This document shows positions 25,123 through 36,499 of a DNA stretch of 64,000 nt, one piece after another. Every line of letters begins with the position of its first letter. Position 1 is the stretch's first letter. A program made the translations under genes and the position numbers. The notes under the pieces were generated by a model that made no database searches, had not been told where the DNA came from, and worked only from the letters and a program-made list of their open reading frames with translations. Location of the stretch: contig OZ037842.1 in the NCBI GenBank assembly GCA_964035575.1, positions 1,240,001 through 1,304,000 of the forward strand. Reading direction: 5' to 3'. Source of the DNA: Rhynchopus sp. YZ270_cl-10. Taxonomy: Eukaryota.

Positions 25123-27602
25123 GCAGAAGAAGATGACGAAGAAGAAAATATCACAAGGAAAAAAAAGGGGAAATTTTCAAAAAAATAAAAAAATACAAAG
25201 AATTAAACATCAATGATATAGGTTAGAAGCGAGCTGAGCGTTGTTAGGGAGCACCAGAAACAAAAAAAACAAAAGCAAAAGAATTCTTATAGTGGAACAT
25301 AGTCCTCGTGTGCCCACAACTAATATAACCAAGTTTTCACCAAAAAAAAATCCCTTTCTTACGGTCCAGTCTCTGTCTCAAAGCTGTATCTGTGTATCCC
25401 CGACTTTTTTTTTTGTTCTTGATTTTATTTTTGCTTTTATTTGGGATTTTTCTTTTTTGGGATTTTCTTTTGTTATTTTTTTTTCTTTGTTTTTTTAAAA
25501 TGTGACAAGAGTGCTACCACCCATGTCAAATTTGTTTGGGACGCTTTTCAAAAATGAAGAAAAAGAAGGTGAATCGCGTTGATTTTTTTATCGTTTTTAT
25601 GTAGGTTTGGGGAAATTGCTGTTTGGGGTTTGATTTTATTTTATTTTATTTTTGTGGCGAGTTTTTTTCTCTCTTCCACATCTCTCCCCCCATACCCCCC
25701 GTCTAGTCAAGACAGACATGCTGCAAACTATTTCTGGACGGAGATTTAAAAAAAAAGCAAAAAAGCAAAGAGGATTGATGGTATGAGAGTAGTATAACCT
25801 TTTAAGAGCGAGGAGAAAGTGGATAGTTTTCACAAAAAAAGTGACACCACTTGTTTTTCCCGACCCAATTTTTCAAAAAAAAAAATGTGCGCAAAATCTC
25901 AGTCTCAGGACAGGGCGATTGCTAACAAAATAAAAAAAAGAGTATCCCCAAAAAAAATTTCAAAAAAAAAGTTCAAGGCCGTGACCTTGTGAATCCCCTC
26001 AAAAAAAAAGGGGGGGTTTTTTTTTTGGTAACGTTGTACCCCCTCCACCACCCCCAAAAATACTCTGTCATTTTTTCCATACATCTCCACCTCGATTCCA
26101 CCCCCCCTTTTTTTGAACGTATTTTTATTTTTTACAGATTTGGATAAGAAATTCAAACAAAAAAAAAAACATTGGCAAAAAAAAAAAAAAGAAGACAAAT
26201 AGTAGAGTCAAAAACCGTACAACCTGACGCTGTTTTTTCTTTTTCTTTTTTAAACCAACGATTCTTTCAGGAATTGGATGTTTTTTTTTCTTCCTTTTTT
26301 TTTTTTGCCGAATTTTACTATGTGCGTTGATACCTTGACCCCCCCCCTCTTTTAGTTTTTTGCTTTTTCTTGGGTAATGTCCTGCTGATGACCTATGCGA
26401 GCTTTATTCCGCATCCTTTTTACATGAATACTAAATGCTGGATACACGGGAAAAGTTTGTTGGGGGAAAATGAAGGGAAAAGAGCATTCACTTGGAGGCA
26501 TCACGTGCCGGAAAAAGACAGCAGTAGAGCTGTCCTCTCCAATGCATACGAATTTCAAAAAAAAAACAAAAAAAACATACAGACTATTTCCGAAGAGTTT
26601 TACTTTTAGGCACTTATTTTCGCTTCGTTTCCATCTCTCAGTGTTGCCTTCTCTCTTTATTTCCCGCCACTTTTTTTACTTCCCTGTCCTTGCAGTATAT
26701 TTTTTTGTGCATTTTTTTTGTCTGTGTCGTTGCTGCACACCAAAAAAGAACGGTTCTATTCCTGTGAATTTTCTTTTTTCATTCACAGCATCACATTGTC
26801 ACCCTGCATTGTGTTGTTACTCAAAAGAAATTACAGGATTAGAGCGGGAAAATGAGTTTTTTCTTGACCCTGGTAGATTTTTTTCTTTTTTTCTAAATTT
26901 TCTCTCTGCGCGAATCAAACAGACCAAAGGGTACACAGCAAACCACATTACCTATCACACCCCCCATTGCACTCTCCTGTCGTACTGCATATCTACCTTC
27001 AAAGGCTTAAAGTTGGAAAAAATGGAGCCCCCTTATTTTAACGTTGTAACCCAGTTTGCATATGTTTTTTTTGACAGTAATTTGTGAAAAAGGTGGGGGT
27101 GCAGGTCCTTGTCCCAAAACCACCACCATTTTTTTGGATTTTAGTTGTTCAAAAGAACGCTTGATGCGTTACAATGTAGCACTGCTAAACAAAAAAGAGT
27201 CCCTGGCGAGCAAAAAAACAAGGGGGTGTCAATTGTACAAAGATGGCTCCATTGTTCCAACGATTTTACAAAAAAAAAAGCAACAAAAAACAATAAGGTA
27301 GCAGAGAGACCCCCACAACGAGAAATCTCCTTTTCCAACCACGGATCACTTTTATCCAAGAAAAAACAAAATACCCCCCATTCCCCCCATTATCGTCTTC
27401 CCAACCCCCCTCGTTTGTAAGTCAGTCTTGTAAACAAAAAAGGTTTTTCCTCTTCCATTTTTTCTCCTCTTTTTCCGTTTTCTCCAAACGGTAAGGGTTG
27501 CATTTTCAACTTCTCTTTTCAAGCTAAAACATAACCTTCATAACAGTTACACTTCCCTTTTCCTTTTACACACATTTTTTTTCTTCTTTTTTTAGAAGTT
27601 TC

Positions 27603-28118
27603 ATGTCGAGCCTTGCGGAGTTTACTTGGAATATCAAAATGGGGAGAATTTCATTTGCAAAAGAGTTGTTGGAGGAGGTATTGGCTGGGGAGGACCCAGG
27701 GGAGCATCAGCATTTGGTGAAAGAGGTACGTCAGGTGGTGACGTCGCTGTCGACATGGTCGTTGAAACGACTTTCACCAGGCTCGCGGCAGGAGTTGGTG
27801 ACGATGCTGCGTACCCTTCACTGCACAGTGGACGCCGCAGCACTGCAGTTCGCGTGCATCAAAATATGCAATGACCCCCTCCCCGATGCCACCCGCTACG
27901 ATCTCGCCCAAACCCTCCTCTCCTGCAGCAAACCCAGCAACGCTCTAGAATGCATCTGCATTTCCATCAAAATGAGCCCCACAGTTCCCACCATTCCCAT
28001 CCATCGCTGGTACGCCCTCAAGGCAGAAGCGTTGAACCACCTTGAGAAAACCTCAAACAAAAAATCCGAATACCGTGCCAAAGCAGCGGAATTAACCGGA
28101 GCGAGGTACTTAGGGTAA
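27603..28118 (+). CDS. Hypothetical helical protein (~170 aa); may have a tiny last exon at 28287
   Basis: ATG just after a polypyrimidine tract + AG; coding-like composition. No family recognised. Confidence 0.55.
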   Translation: MSSLAEFTWNIKMGRISFAKELLEEVLAGEDPGEHQHLVKEVRQVVTSLSTWSLKRLSPGSRQELVTMLRTLHCTVDAAALQFACIKICNDPLPDATRYDLAQTLLSCSKPSNALECICISIKMSPTVPTIPIHRWYALKAEALNHLEKTSNKKSEYRAKAAELTGARYLG

Positions 28119-28309
28119 ATAAGGGGGGGTCTAGAGTCTCAATATAGCTTTCTCGGGTTCGGCCCTCTTCGAACGTCTCATTTTCTTTTGTCCTTTTGTT
28201 GGCCCATAATTGGGTAAATCTCGCGTCTCAGATAAATAAAGTATCCTCTTTTGTCAATTATCTCCAACCTCCTACATCATTTACAGTACCTAAAAAAAAC
28301 CCTAAAAAA

Positions 28310-31300
28310 ATGGACTCTGGGATCCACCGAACGAGCACAGATCTTGATGAGGTGCTTCAGGTTCTGACGGAGACATCGGACCCTGTGTTGCGGTCTGTGG
28401 CTGTTCCGACGACGTTTCATGTCAATGCACGTGGCGTTATTGACAGGGTGTACACACATACTAAGGCGGAGGGTGTGACTGCCACGGAGCTGCCTTACCC
28501 ACCTGGTGCGGAGGAGGTGTTTGGGATGTTCGGTGTGCACGACGTGCCTGCCTTATCTGCTGAGGATTTGCCCCCGGAGGAGGGAACGGGGCAGGTGCTG
28601 GGTGGGCTCGACGTGGTGGCAGTGTTCACGACCACGACGCCACAGATAAGCATTGACTTTCTCAGCCATGAGCGTCTTGCAGTGTTTCTGCAATCGGCTC
28701 GGCCACCAGGGTTGCTGCAGAAGTACCATAGCTTCTCCGATCACCACAGCATGACGCAGGCCGTGTGGACGCCGTACCTTCTGATAGTGGAGAAGCGTCA
28801 GAGTGCTGCCCACGTGAAAGACCTGAACGTGCCAGTAGGCAGACGCTTTGCAACAGCAGCATCAAAGCACTCCTCGCAGCGTCCCGTCTCGCAGACGTCG
28901 AAGAAGCTCATAGAAGAAGTGTGCAGACGCATGTCCACAGTGTGGTCGGCACGGACGCGGACAGAGACGCATTCAAATGGAAAGACCACAGCGCATATGT
29001 CGTCGGTGATGCGTATAGTCTCCTACTTCAGTTGTCTCCAGCCGCTCACCCTAATGTGCGTCTCCGGCACAGAGTTTCAAGTAAAAAACGTTGAAAAACG
29101 CGCCAAGCTGAACATCTCGCAGCGCTTCTACAATAAAACATATTTCTCTGAGGCAGAGGAAGGGGCTGAGGTGCCGAAGCCGCAGGCACACATCACGAAC
29201 CCTCCGGTGTCGCCGTCGCAGTCGGTGCCAGATGTGTACGACGGTGCGGTGCGTGCAGAGGAGTACCCGAAGGACGTGACAGCGAGCATCTCTGTGAGCC
29301 TCCCCGACGACACGAAGCAGCTGCAGCATGTAGATCTGTTCATGTGCGCGACGCCCAACCAGGCGCAGGCGCCTGATGCGTATCTGCTTCTGAAGACAGG
29401 CGGGGAGGTAGTGCAGACTGTCCCCTCGCAGGAGCCGTGTCCTGCACAGAAGCAGCAGATTTCAAATGCACTTCGTTCTGTGCGTGACATGCAGCAGCAC
29501 GCTCATGCGGTGGACGAGGGTGTGTCGTTCGATGCTCCGAACACGACACACAGCCCTGAAGGCACTATTGTTACCCTCGCGTCAGCGGGATTCACCAACG
29601 GCAACATGCTGCGCATGCGTAAGAAGTACGGCATGGTTGCAGCAGACAACATCCTCATGGGCGACACCAAGCCAGTAGTCGTGACGTGCGGCGATGTCGA
29701 AAAGCTTCCCCGCCCCTCACGCAAGCATATTGTCCACGACGTCACTGTCGTTGGCGCCGCTACCCCTGAAACCTTCCGTACACGCCCGGCCACTGCGCCA
29801 CAGTCAAAACTTCTGTCGTACCTGCAAGAGATGGATGAACAGGAAATGCCGACGTCGTTGCGAGAAATTGCGATGACGCTACCACCACAAGGTGCGTTGC
29901 ACAAGGCAGCCAGCCGCCTCAAGCGACGCCGCGTCGTCTCCGCAAAGGAGAAGCTGCGCATGGCGATCCCCTCCCTCGAGATGGGCAGCCGCTACCCCCT
30001 CCGCATCAAACGCACCAAACCTTCACACACACACACAGCCTCAACAGGCCGCCGCGGCGAGACCTGGGACCAATGTGTGGTGCTCTCCCCCAAGGGCCCC
30101 TCCACAGCCTCCCAGACAACACCAGCACGCTACCCACCTTCCTACGGCGACAGAAACAACCCCCCAACGGTTCTACCGCTACGACCACCCTGCACCCACA
30201 AAGCACACAGCCATTTGGACGATTTGAGCACACGAGATGGGATTTCGACTGCGGGGACACCACAGATTCATATAAAGGAGCCGCACCCACACCTCCACAC
30301 AGGGGATGTAGAGTCGCTGCGGGAGTACGGGGCACAGCAGAGGAGAAAGCTGCGGCAGCTGCTTGAGGTGGGGGGTGCGGAGAGTCCTATCACATCTGTG
30401 GCGCAGTCAGAGGAAGCGGATTCTTCTTATCCGGAGGATGTGAACCGCAAGAGCATAGAACGTGTCGTGCCTAAGGCTAAAGTGTACGACCCCGACAACA
30501 TGCACCACTCTGTGTCGGAGATGCTCCGTGCGCGCCACGCCGCCAAACATAAGTCTGCAGAACGCCGCCGCAGGAAGCGCGTCCAGCAGCTTGACGCAGA
30601 GCTGCTCAACCCGCAGAACTTCTTTTCTGCAAAGGAAAGCAAGGCACCACCGCTGCGGTCATCGCAACGCTACGACTTCCTTGTCACGCTCTTTGGCGAC
30701 GAGCCTCTCGAGAAGGAAAGCGAAAACGACAGCCAGAACGCCTCTGTGCGTGCAGCGGAGGTGGGCATATGCGAGGGACGCCGCCGTCTGGAGGCTGTTG
30801 TGACGAATGCTGCACTTGAACGGAAGAAGCGGTTGGAAGAAACGATGGAGCGCGCTCGCACCCGGAACATTGTGTCAAACATTTACACAAAGGCGCGGGC
30901 AGACGTAACACTACTGCTTGTAGAAGACTTCCTCTACGCAAGCTACTCAAAGAGTCTCTGCATGCGCTCAAAGACTCCCAAGGCATATGCGCGCAAGCTG
31001 CATTCCCCTGTCCACGACAGCGCCTCCCCACGCAACAATATGTGGGATGGGAACGTCCAGTTCTGTTACTTCGTTATCCCAGAGGAACTGCATTCCGTGG
31101 TTTTTCATGTGCACAGTCTGCTGACGGTGCTTGGGTTTGCGCACTCAGAGACAGATGGGGAAGACGAGAATGGACGTTACGGCCTGCCCGATGTGGCGGT
31201 GACAATCGCTGGAGTGCTGACAGAACTCAATGGACTGCGTGTTCTGCTTAACAAAGTTGCGGAGTCGAGTGAGGAAGTCTCTTTGAAGTTGAAACACCTG

Positions 31301-31381
31301 GTCGAGCCCACACCCCTAGAGCATGCTGTGCCATTGTACGAAGCAGTTCTTTCTCTTGCGGAGGAGTTCCATCTTGGGTAG
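28310..31381 (+). CDS. Hypothetical 1023-aa protein, intronless
   Basis: Long GC-rich ORF with first ATG at 28310; globular-looking N- and C-terminal regions around a low-complexity middle. Confidence 0.75.
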   Translation: MDSGIHRTSTDLDEVLQVLTETSDPVLRSVAVPTTFHVNARGVIDRVYTHTKAEGVTATELPYPPGAEEVFGMFGVHDVPALSAEDLPPEEGTGQVLGGLDVVAVFTTTTPQISIDFLSHERLAVFLQSARPPGLLQKYHSFSDHHSMTQAVWTPYLLIVEKRQSAAHVKDLNVPVGRRFATAASKHSSQRPVSQTSKKLIEEVCRRMSTVWSARTRTETHSNGKTTAHMSSVMRIVSYFSCLQPLTLMCVSGTEFQVKNVEKRAKLNISQRFYNKTYFSEAEEGAEVPKPQAHITNPPVSPSQSVPDVYDGAVRAEEYPKDVTASISVSLPDDTKQLQHVDLFMCATPNQAQAPDAYLLLKTGGEVVQTVPSQEPCPAQKQQISNALRSVRDMQQHAHAVDEGVSFDAPNTTHSPEGTIVTLASAGFTNGNMLRMRKKYGMVAADNILMGDTKPVVVTCGDVEKLPRPSRKHIVHDVTVVGAATPETFRTRPATAPQSKLLSYLQEMDEQEMPTSLREIAMTLPPQGALHKAASRLKRRRVVSAKEKLRMAIPSLEMGSRYPLRIKRTKPSHTHTASTGRRGETWDQCVVLSPKGPSTASQTTPARYPPSYGDRNNPPTVLPLRPPCTHKAHSHLDDLSTRDGISTAGTPQIHIKEPHPHLHTGDVESLREYGAQQRRKLRQLLEVGGAESPITSVAQSEEADSSYPEDVNRKSIERVVPKAKVYDPDNMHHSVSEMLRARHAAKHKSAERRRRKRVQQLDAELLNPQNFFSAKESKAPPLRSSQRYDFLVTLFGDEPLEKESENDSQNASVRAAEVGICEGRRRLEAVVTNAALERKKRLEETMERARTRNIVSNIYTKARADVTLLLVEDFLYASYSKSLCMRSKTPKAYARKLHSPVHDSASPRNNMWDGNVQFCYFVIPEELHSVVFHVHSLLTVLGFAHSETDGEDENGRYGLPDVAVTIAGVLTELNGLRVLLNKVAESSEEVSLKLKHLVEPTPLEHAVPLYEAVLSLAEEFHLG

Positions 31382-31799
31382 AAATGCGGGAGAGTGAATG
31401 AAGGGAAGGGGGAGGCGACAAAAATCGAATGGCTTTCCAGCCTGCGTCCGAAATAGATGAGACAAAAGAAAGAATGATGCTGCATTTTTTTTTTTTTTTT
31501 TTTGAAAGATGGGACCATTTTTGTTGATCCCTCACCATATACTATCAATTTATTGATTGCATATGATGAAAATACTTTTTTTTGGAGTGAGAGAGCGAGA
31601 ATCGCAACAAAACATCCATCCCCATTGCAGGCGTACACACATAAACCCCCCTTCTCCTCCCTCTCCTTTTTTCATCTACACTTTTTCTTCTCTTTCTTTA
31701 CGTTTCTTTTTACACACACGGTTACCGTATACCTCCCTCTCATTGAAAAATTGTTTCTCTTGATTGCAGTACGTCTGTTGGCACTGGTGTGTTTGAACG

Positions 31800-33103
31800 A
31801 TGCTTCCTGAAGGCCTGGGCTATGAGTGTACATATTGCCGGAAGAGCCAGAGTGGCGAGGGGTTGAAGCCGTGTCCTTGTCTCCAGGTATGGCTATTGCT
31901 CTCTACCCACTCTACCTACCTTTCACTTCCCTCTTTTTAACAGGCATTTTACTGCGGGCGTGAGTGCCAGGTCCAGCATTGGAAGAGACACATTGAAACC
32001 TGCACCATGGCAGGGAAGTATGTATATTTTTTCAAGGTGACTAAGCAAAAGAGGCTGCCACCCACGAGTAGCAATAACACACAAACAAACAAATGACCGA
32101 TGAATAAACCAAAGAATAAGCTAATCAGACTAAGCAAAAGAGGCTTATTAGGTGCATTCCTATAAACCTTTTTTTTGGTTTTCACCGTTGACGATGTTGG
32201 CGTGATACTGCAATGTGTCGTGCTTGTTGTCGATACTACACAACCCACAGGGCCTACCCTAAGAAGGATGCGGAGAGCAGCCAAGGGTCGCAGCAAAACG
32301 CAAACAGCTGCACCTCCAACGGACCTTCCAGCGCATCCTCGCAGTCGGGCTACTCCGAGCATAGGGATGGTCCCCGCGACTCACACAGTATGTCGTTTTT
32401 TGATTTTTTTGTGATTTTGCATTTTTTCCAAACATCATCAAATATCTTAATCATTTCGCAGACGGTCATCCTTCCGGCCACCACCCAGAACCCATCCCAC
32501 CGATGGCAGCACAGAATATGCTTGCCTGCCTGCACCACCTCTTGTATTCCGTTCCCCATCCGGGTATGCTCTCCCCGAACCCCCCTCCTCCTCCACCCTT
32601 TTTACCCCCACCCACTCACAGTCCTCGCCAACGCGATTCTCAGTGTTTCAGAGGAACACCCCGAGATTGGCGACATGCTCTGCCAGCGTATTGACAGAAC
32701 CATCCATGAGTTTCCCCCTAGCCACAGTGCACCCCCGGGGATGATGCCGATGCAACTCCCACCGCCTCCACCGATGCACTACAACCCGCCCCCGGTGCAA
32801 GCTGCTCCTGGGTTGGTGCCTGGAAACGGTAAGGGAGCTGTGTTGCATGGGGTCGCACAGAGACGTGGCCGTGGTACTACTGAGACAGAGCTCTGCACAA
32901 AGCACAACATACCCCGCTCAAAGCGTCACCTCCAGCAGGCCAACATGGGGGGATACGAATGTGTACTAGGTTACCACTGCCTCGAGCCCAGCCCCACGCA
33001 GACGCAAGACTCTGCATATGACATACCCCAAGGCGCAGTGCCCCCACTCCAAGCAATACCACAGCTCGAAGCCCAAGTGCCTGCTGGCATTCCTGCTTCA
33101 TAG
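31800..33103 (+). CDS. MYND zinc-finger protein with a C-terminal CxxH...C....C motif; exons 31800-31886, 31944-32017, 32251-32387, 32462-32563, 32622-33103
   Basis: Spliced translation gives CTYC...KPCPCLQ|AFYCGRECQVQHWKRHIETC, the MYND pattern. Four GTATG..AG introns are phase-consistent. The finger is invisible in the ORF track. Confidence 0.8.
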
Positions 33104-33938
33104 GGGGAAAAAAAGTTGATTTATTCCCCTCCAACGTGTCCCATTTTTTAAAGGATTTATTTTTGCGATTTTGTGAACGGTTTTGGCTGTTCCGGAGAGA
33201 AGGTTTTATCCTGGGCCTTCAGGGTCACAAAAATAGACCCCAAAAGTAAAAATGCCCCCACTCCCCTCCGCTTATCTTCCCTGGGTTGTGTTCAAACGCG
33301 ACGTTTGAGGACTGGGGTTGAGAGAGAACGTATAACGCACGAAAGTAGTTTTTGTTTTTTTTGTTTTTGAATTAAAGTAAAGTATGTGAGTAGGTATGGG
33401 GGGTATTGTATACGGCTCTCTCAAAGGTACCCTCGGTTTACTCGGAGATAGGGTTTTCAAAGTGCGGGTAAAGTATTAAGGCATCTTTAGTCCAAATGCC
33501 TTTGGGTGGCGTTGTGCACAGGTGCTTCGGTAGTCGAAGCAAATAAAAAAGAAGGATGGTATTGAGCACAGACACCTATGTTTTTTTAAGTTGCTTGTCA
33601 ACGCATGACAATACACTACTAGGGTGAAACCCACGGTTGAATAGACATAAAATTGGTTGCATTCCTCGGGGTGCTCCATTTTAAAAAACGTTTATTGGTT
33701 GAATAAACAGAAAATAAACCCCATTTGTACGCTCTGTGCTACTGAGCACAGTATAGTTTTTTTTTTTAAGTACTACCCACTTCCAGGTGGCAACCGTAAA
33801 CAGTCCGGTTTCTGCTTTTTTGATTATTGGCGAAAAATCCGGCGTTTTTTGCCACGCGTAGAGTGTTTTCTTTGCAGAAAAAAAAACCCCCCCCACACAA
33901 TGAAAAATTTACACCTTCTGTTATAAGTCGCAGGATAT

Positions 33939-33978
33939 TGTGCTTTCATCCGGATGGCTGGCATCGGAGATGCCTGCA
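33939..33978 (+). repeat. Hairpin family B copy (short form), intergenic
   Basis: TGTGCTTTCATCCGGATGGCTGGCATCGGAGATGCCTGCA. Confidence 0.7.
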
Positions 33979-35323
33979 TCGATAACTATTCCCCCCTTTT
34001 TTTTTTCTCTTCCAGATTCACGGTCTCCAAGACCCATCCGTCTTAGTTTTTCTTTCTTTTTTTCCACAATAAGTTTGTATATTTTAGTGCCTTCCTCCCC
34101 CAAAAAATAAAGTACCATTTTTTGAAGTAAGCAATTGAACCTTATTTAACCCCACTGAGCGGACCGGGGAAAGCCCCATTTTTTTGAACGAATCTGAAGT
34201 AACAAATCTGAAATAAACAAAGGGTAGATTGATTAGAAGAAGACGTTAACCCCCTCCATCCCCCTTTTTGACCCTCCCCTTTTTCCACTAGTATTTTTGA
34301 TCAACCCCCACAATCCCCTACGCAATGCTTAAGTCATCTGATCACCCAATTCTTGGTTTTTTTTTTTTCGCTTGTTGAGGTGAAAAAAGACCACTTTACA
34401 CGACTCCCTTCCATCTGAAACTCTGCGTCATGTATACGTTTGTACAACGCAACCGTTCTTTGGGAGAAGTTATTTTATTCTTTGAATCATACTGGTTCAG
34501 ATTTTTTTTTTCTCAGTGCCTTTGTCCCCGGGGCGTTTGCACTCCGTTTTTTCCAAAAGTTTTGGTTGTATTAGTGCAGGCAAGGGGGTATACACCACTT
34601 TTTTTCTTCTGCACTAATGATGGACAAGCATTCTAAAGTTGAAAACCGTTTCATCTGCCCCTTGGTTTTTGTTCTTGCGAATACACAGTAATGGGCAGTA
34701 GGCGAATTTAGTTACTTCCACACCCTACACGATTGTGCCTTCGAGAGTTACAGCGCTTTTTAGGGCTTTTTTTCTCTCTATTTTTTCTTTTGTGCTGAAC
34801 GGTGAGGCGTTTGCACTTTCAACTCTTCTATTGTTGGTTTTTTATTTATACAGTTTACCCAAAACTGTCCCCTTTTTAGATGCTTAGGAGCCCCTTCCCA
34901 TCCCATTGGTCCCTCCTTCTTTCAATTTCCACATAAAATAAGTCTGGTATTTCCCCCCTCAAAAAACAAATACTTCAAACCACACCTGATGTATGAAGAG
35001 AACTAAAACAAAAGCTTTTCACAGAATTTTTTTTTTCGATGCTTCAGTTCCCCACTTCCTCCTCGCATAACGACAAGCAGCAGCTTAGGTCTACGGGGGG
35101 TTTTGACCTGACACAATGCAGGGGAAATCACAATATGTTTTATATATTTTGGTGTGGCTGAAAGGGTGCGATAGTGCTATTTTGGGGTCGTCAGCCACAT
35201 ATTTTTGTATTTCTATTTTACCTTCACAAACCATACCGCTATCACCCCACTCCCTCCCCAAACTCTCCTCAACACCTTCCTTCAGAAACCACTTCTCTCC
35301 CCCTCACCTTACCACTAAAAATA

Positions 35324-36499
35324 ATGAATACAGTAGAGGACGCACTGCAACACATAACAGAAGGTGATGTGGGGAGGTTGAGGGCAGATTTGACAGAGCT
35401 GTTTTCTCGCGACGACTCTGCCGCACTTATCGCACGCTATGATGAGTCCGAGACTGCATTGGTGTTGAGCGGTACGATCACAACAACACACAATGGGCGG
35501 GGTTACAGCACGCCAGTGGTGATTACGCTGCGGGAGTACCCGAGGTTGGCACCTAGTGTGAAGGTGGTTCCGACAGTGGGAATGGAGTTCAATGTGACGA
35601 ATGGGTATATAATGGAGGATGGTGTAGTTGCGAAGGAGGCTTTCGAGGAGTGGTCTGCTGTGTCTACTTTGGCAGGCTTTGTTGCGTCTATTCGATCAAA
35701 ATTTGATGATGAAGCGCCTCTCTTCATGAACTCTACACCTCTCGTACTTCACACACCATCTCCCGCAGCGGTGACACAACTCAACACCTTTGTCTCCACT
35801 CTCTCCTACAGCGAATCTGCAAAGCAACGTCTCCGCTCTGACCTCTCCGAGCTTCTCCACAAACACCCCGGACTGCATTACTCTTCAGAAAACGGCGGTG
35901 TGTCATTGAGAGGGACCATCCAAGCTACGCCAAATGGAACCGCATACCACATTCCGGTTCGTATTGTTCTCCCGATTGGGTATCCAATGGAGAAAGGGGT
36001 GCCAGAAATATTTGTTGTTCCGGAAGACAATATGACGATTGTACCCTATCATCGGGAGGTCGATTCTGGGGGTCGGACCTTCGTGGAAAGTGTGTTGAAA
36101 TGGGGGGAGGAGCCGGGGGTGCGTTCGGTCGTGCAGTGTGTGCGGGAGATGGTGGAAGCGTTCACAGTGGAGCCCCCTGTGGTGATGGTGGTGGCAGAAA
36201 GGCCAAAGGCGGGGTCTCGGTCTCCCCAAAGCTGTTCACCACCTGGTACAGATGCGCCACCCAGAGATCCACGTACAGTCATCAGAGAGAAGGTAGAAGG
36301 AATTGAAAGCACACCCTCCGAGGATGACACCCAAACATGCATTGCCTGTCTTTCTAACAAAAAGGATGTTGTGCTCATACCCTGCAGACATATCTGCATG
36401 TGTGGGAAATGTGTCGAGCAGATGTGCTCTTCAGATGCACTTCAATGCCCCATCTGTAGAAAAGAAGTTGAAGACGTTGTGACCGGTGTATTCTTCTAA
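35324..36499 (+). CDS. Tandem UEV (TSG101/Vps23-like) domains + C-terminal C3HC4 RING; probable E3 ligase
   Basis: Two segments with LSGTI...YSTPVVITLREYPRLAP and LRGTI...YHIPVRIVLPIGYPM...HREVDSGG; RING CIAC...LIPCRHICMCGKC...CPICR. Confidence 0.85.
   Translation: MNTVEDALQHITEGDVGRLRADLTELFSRDDSAALIARYDESETALVLSGTITTTHNGRGYSTPVVITLREYPRLAPSVKVVPTVGMEFNVTNGYIMEDGVVAKEAFEEWSAVSTLAGFVASIRSKFDDEAPLFMNSTPLVLHTPSPAAVTQLNTFVSTLSYSESAKQRLRSDLSELLHKHPGLHYSSENGGVSLRGTIQATPNGTAYHIPVRIVLPIGYPMEKGVPEIFVVPEDNMTIVPYHREVDSGGRTFVESVLKWGEEPGVRSVVQCVREMVEAFTVEPPVVMVVAERPKAGSRSPQSCSPPGTDAPPRDPRTVIREKVEGIESTPSEDDTQTCIACLSNKKDVVLIPCRHICMCGKCVEQMCSSDALQCPICRKEVEDVVTGVFF

Noticed and set aside
25123..27600. Short ORFs in the AT-rich intergenic gap
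   Set aside because: Homopolymer-derived K/F-rich translations, non-coding composition, and no consistent splice model.
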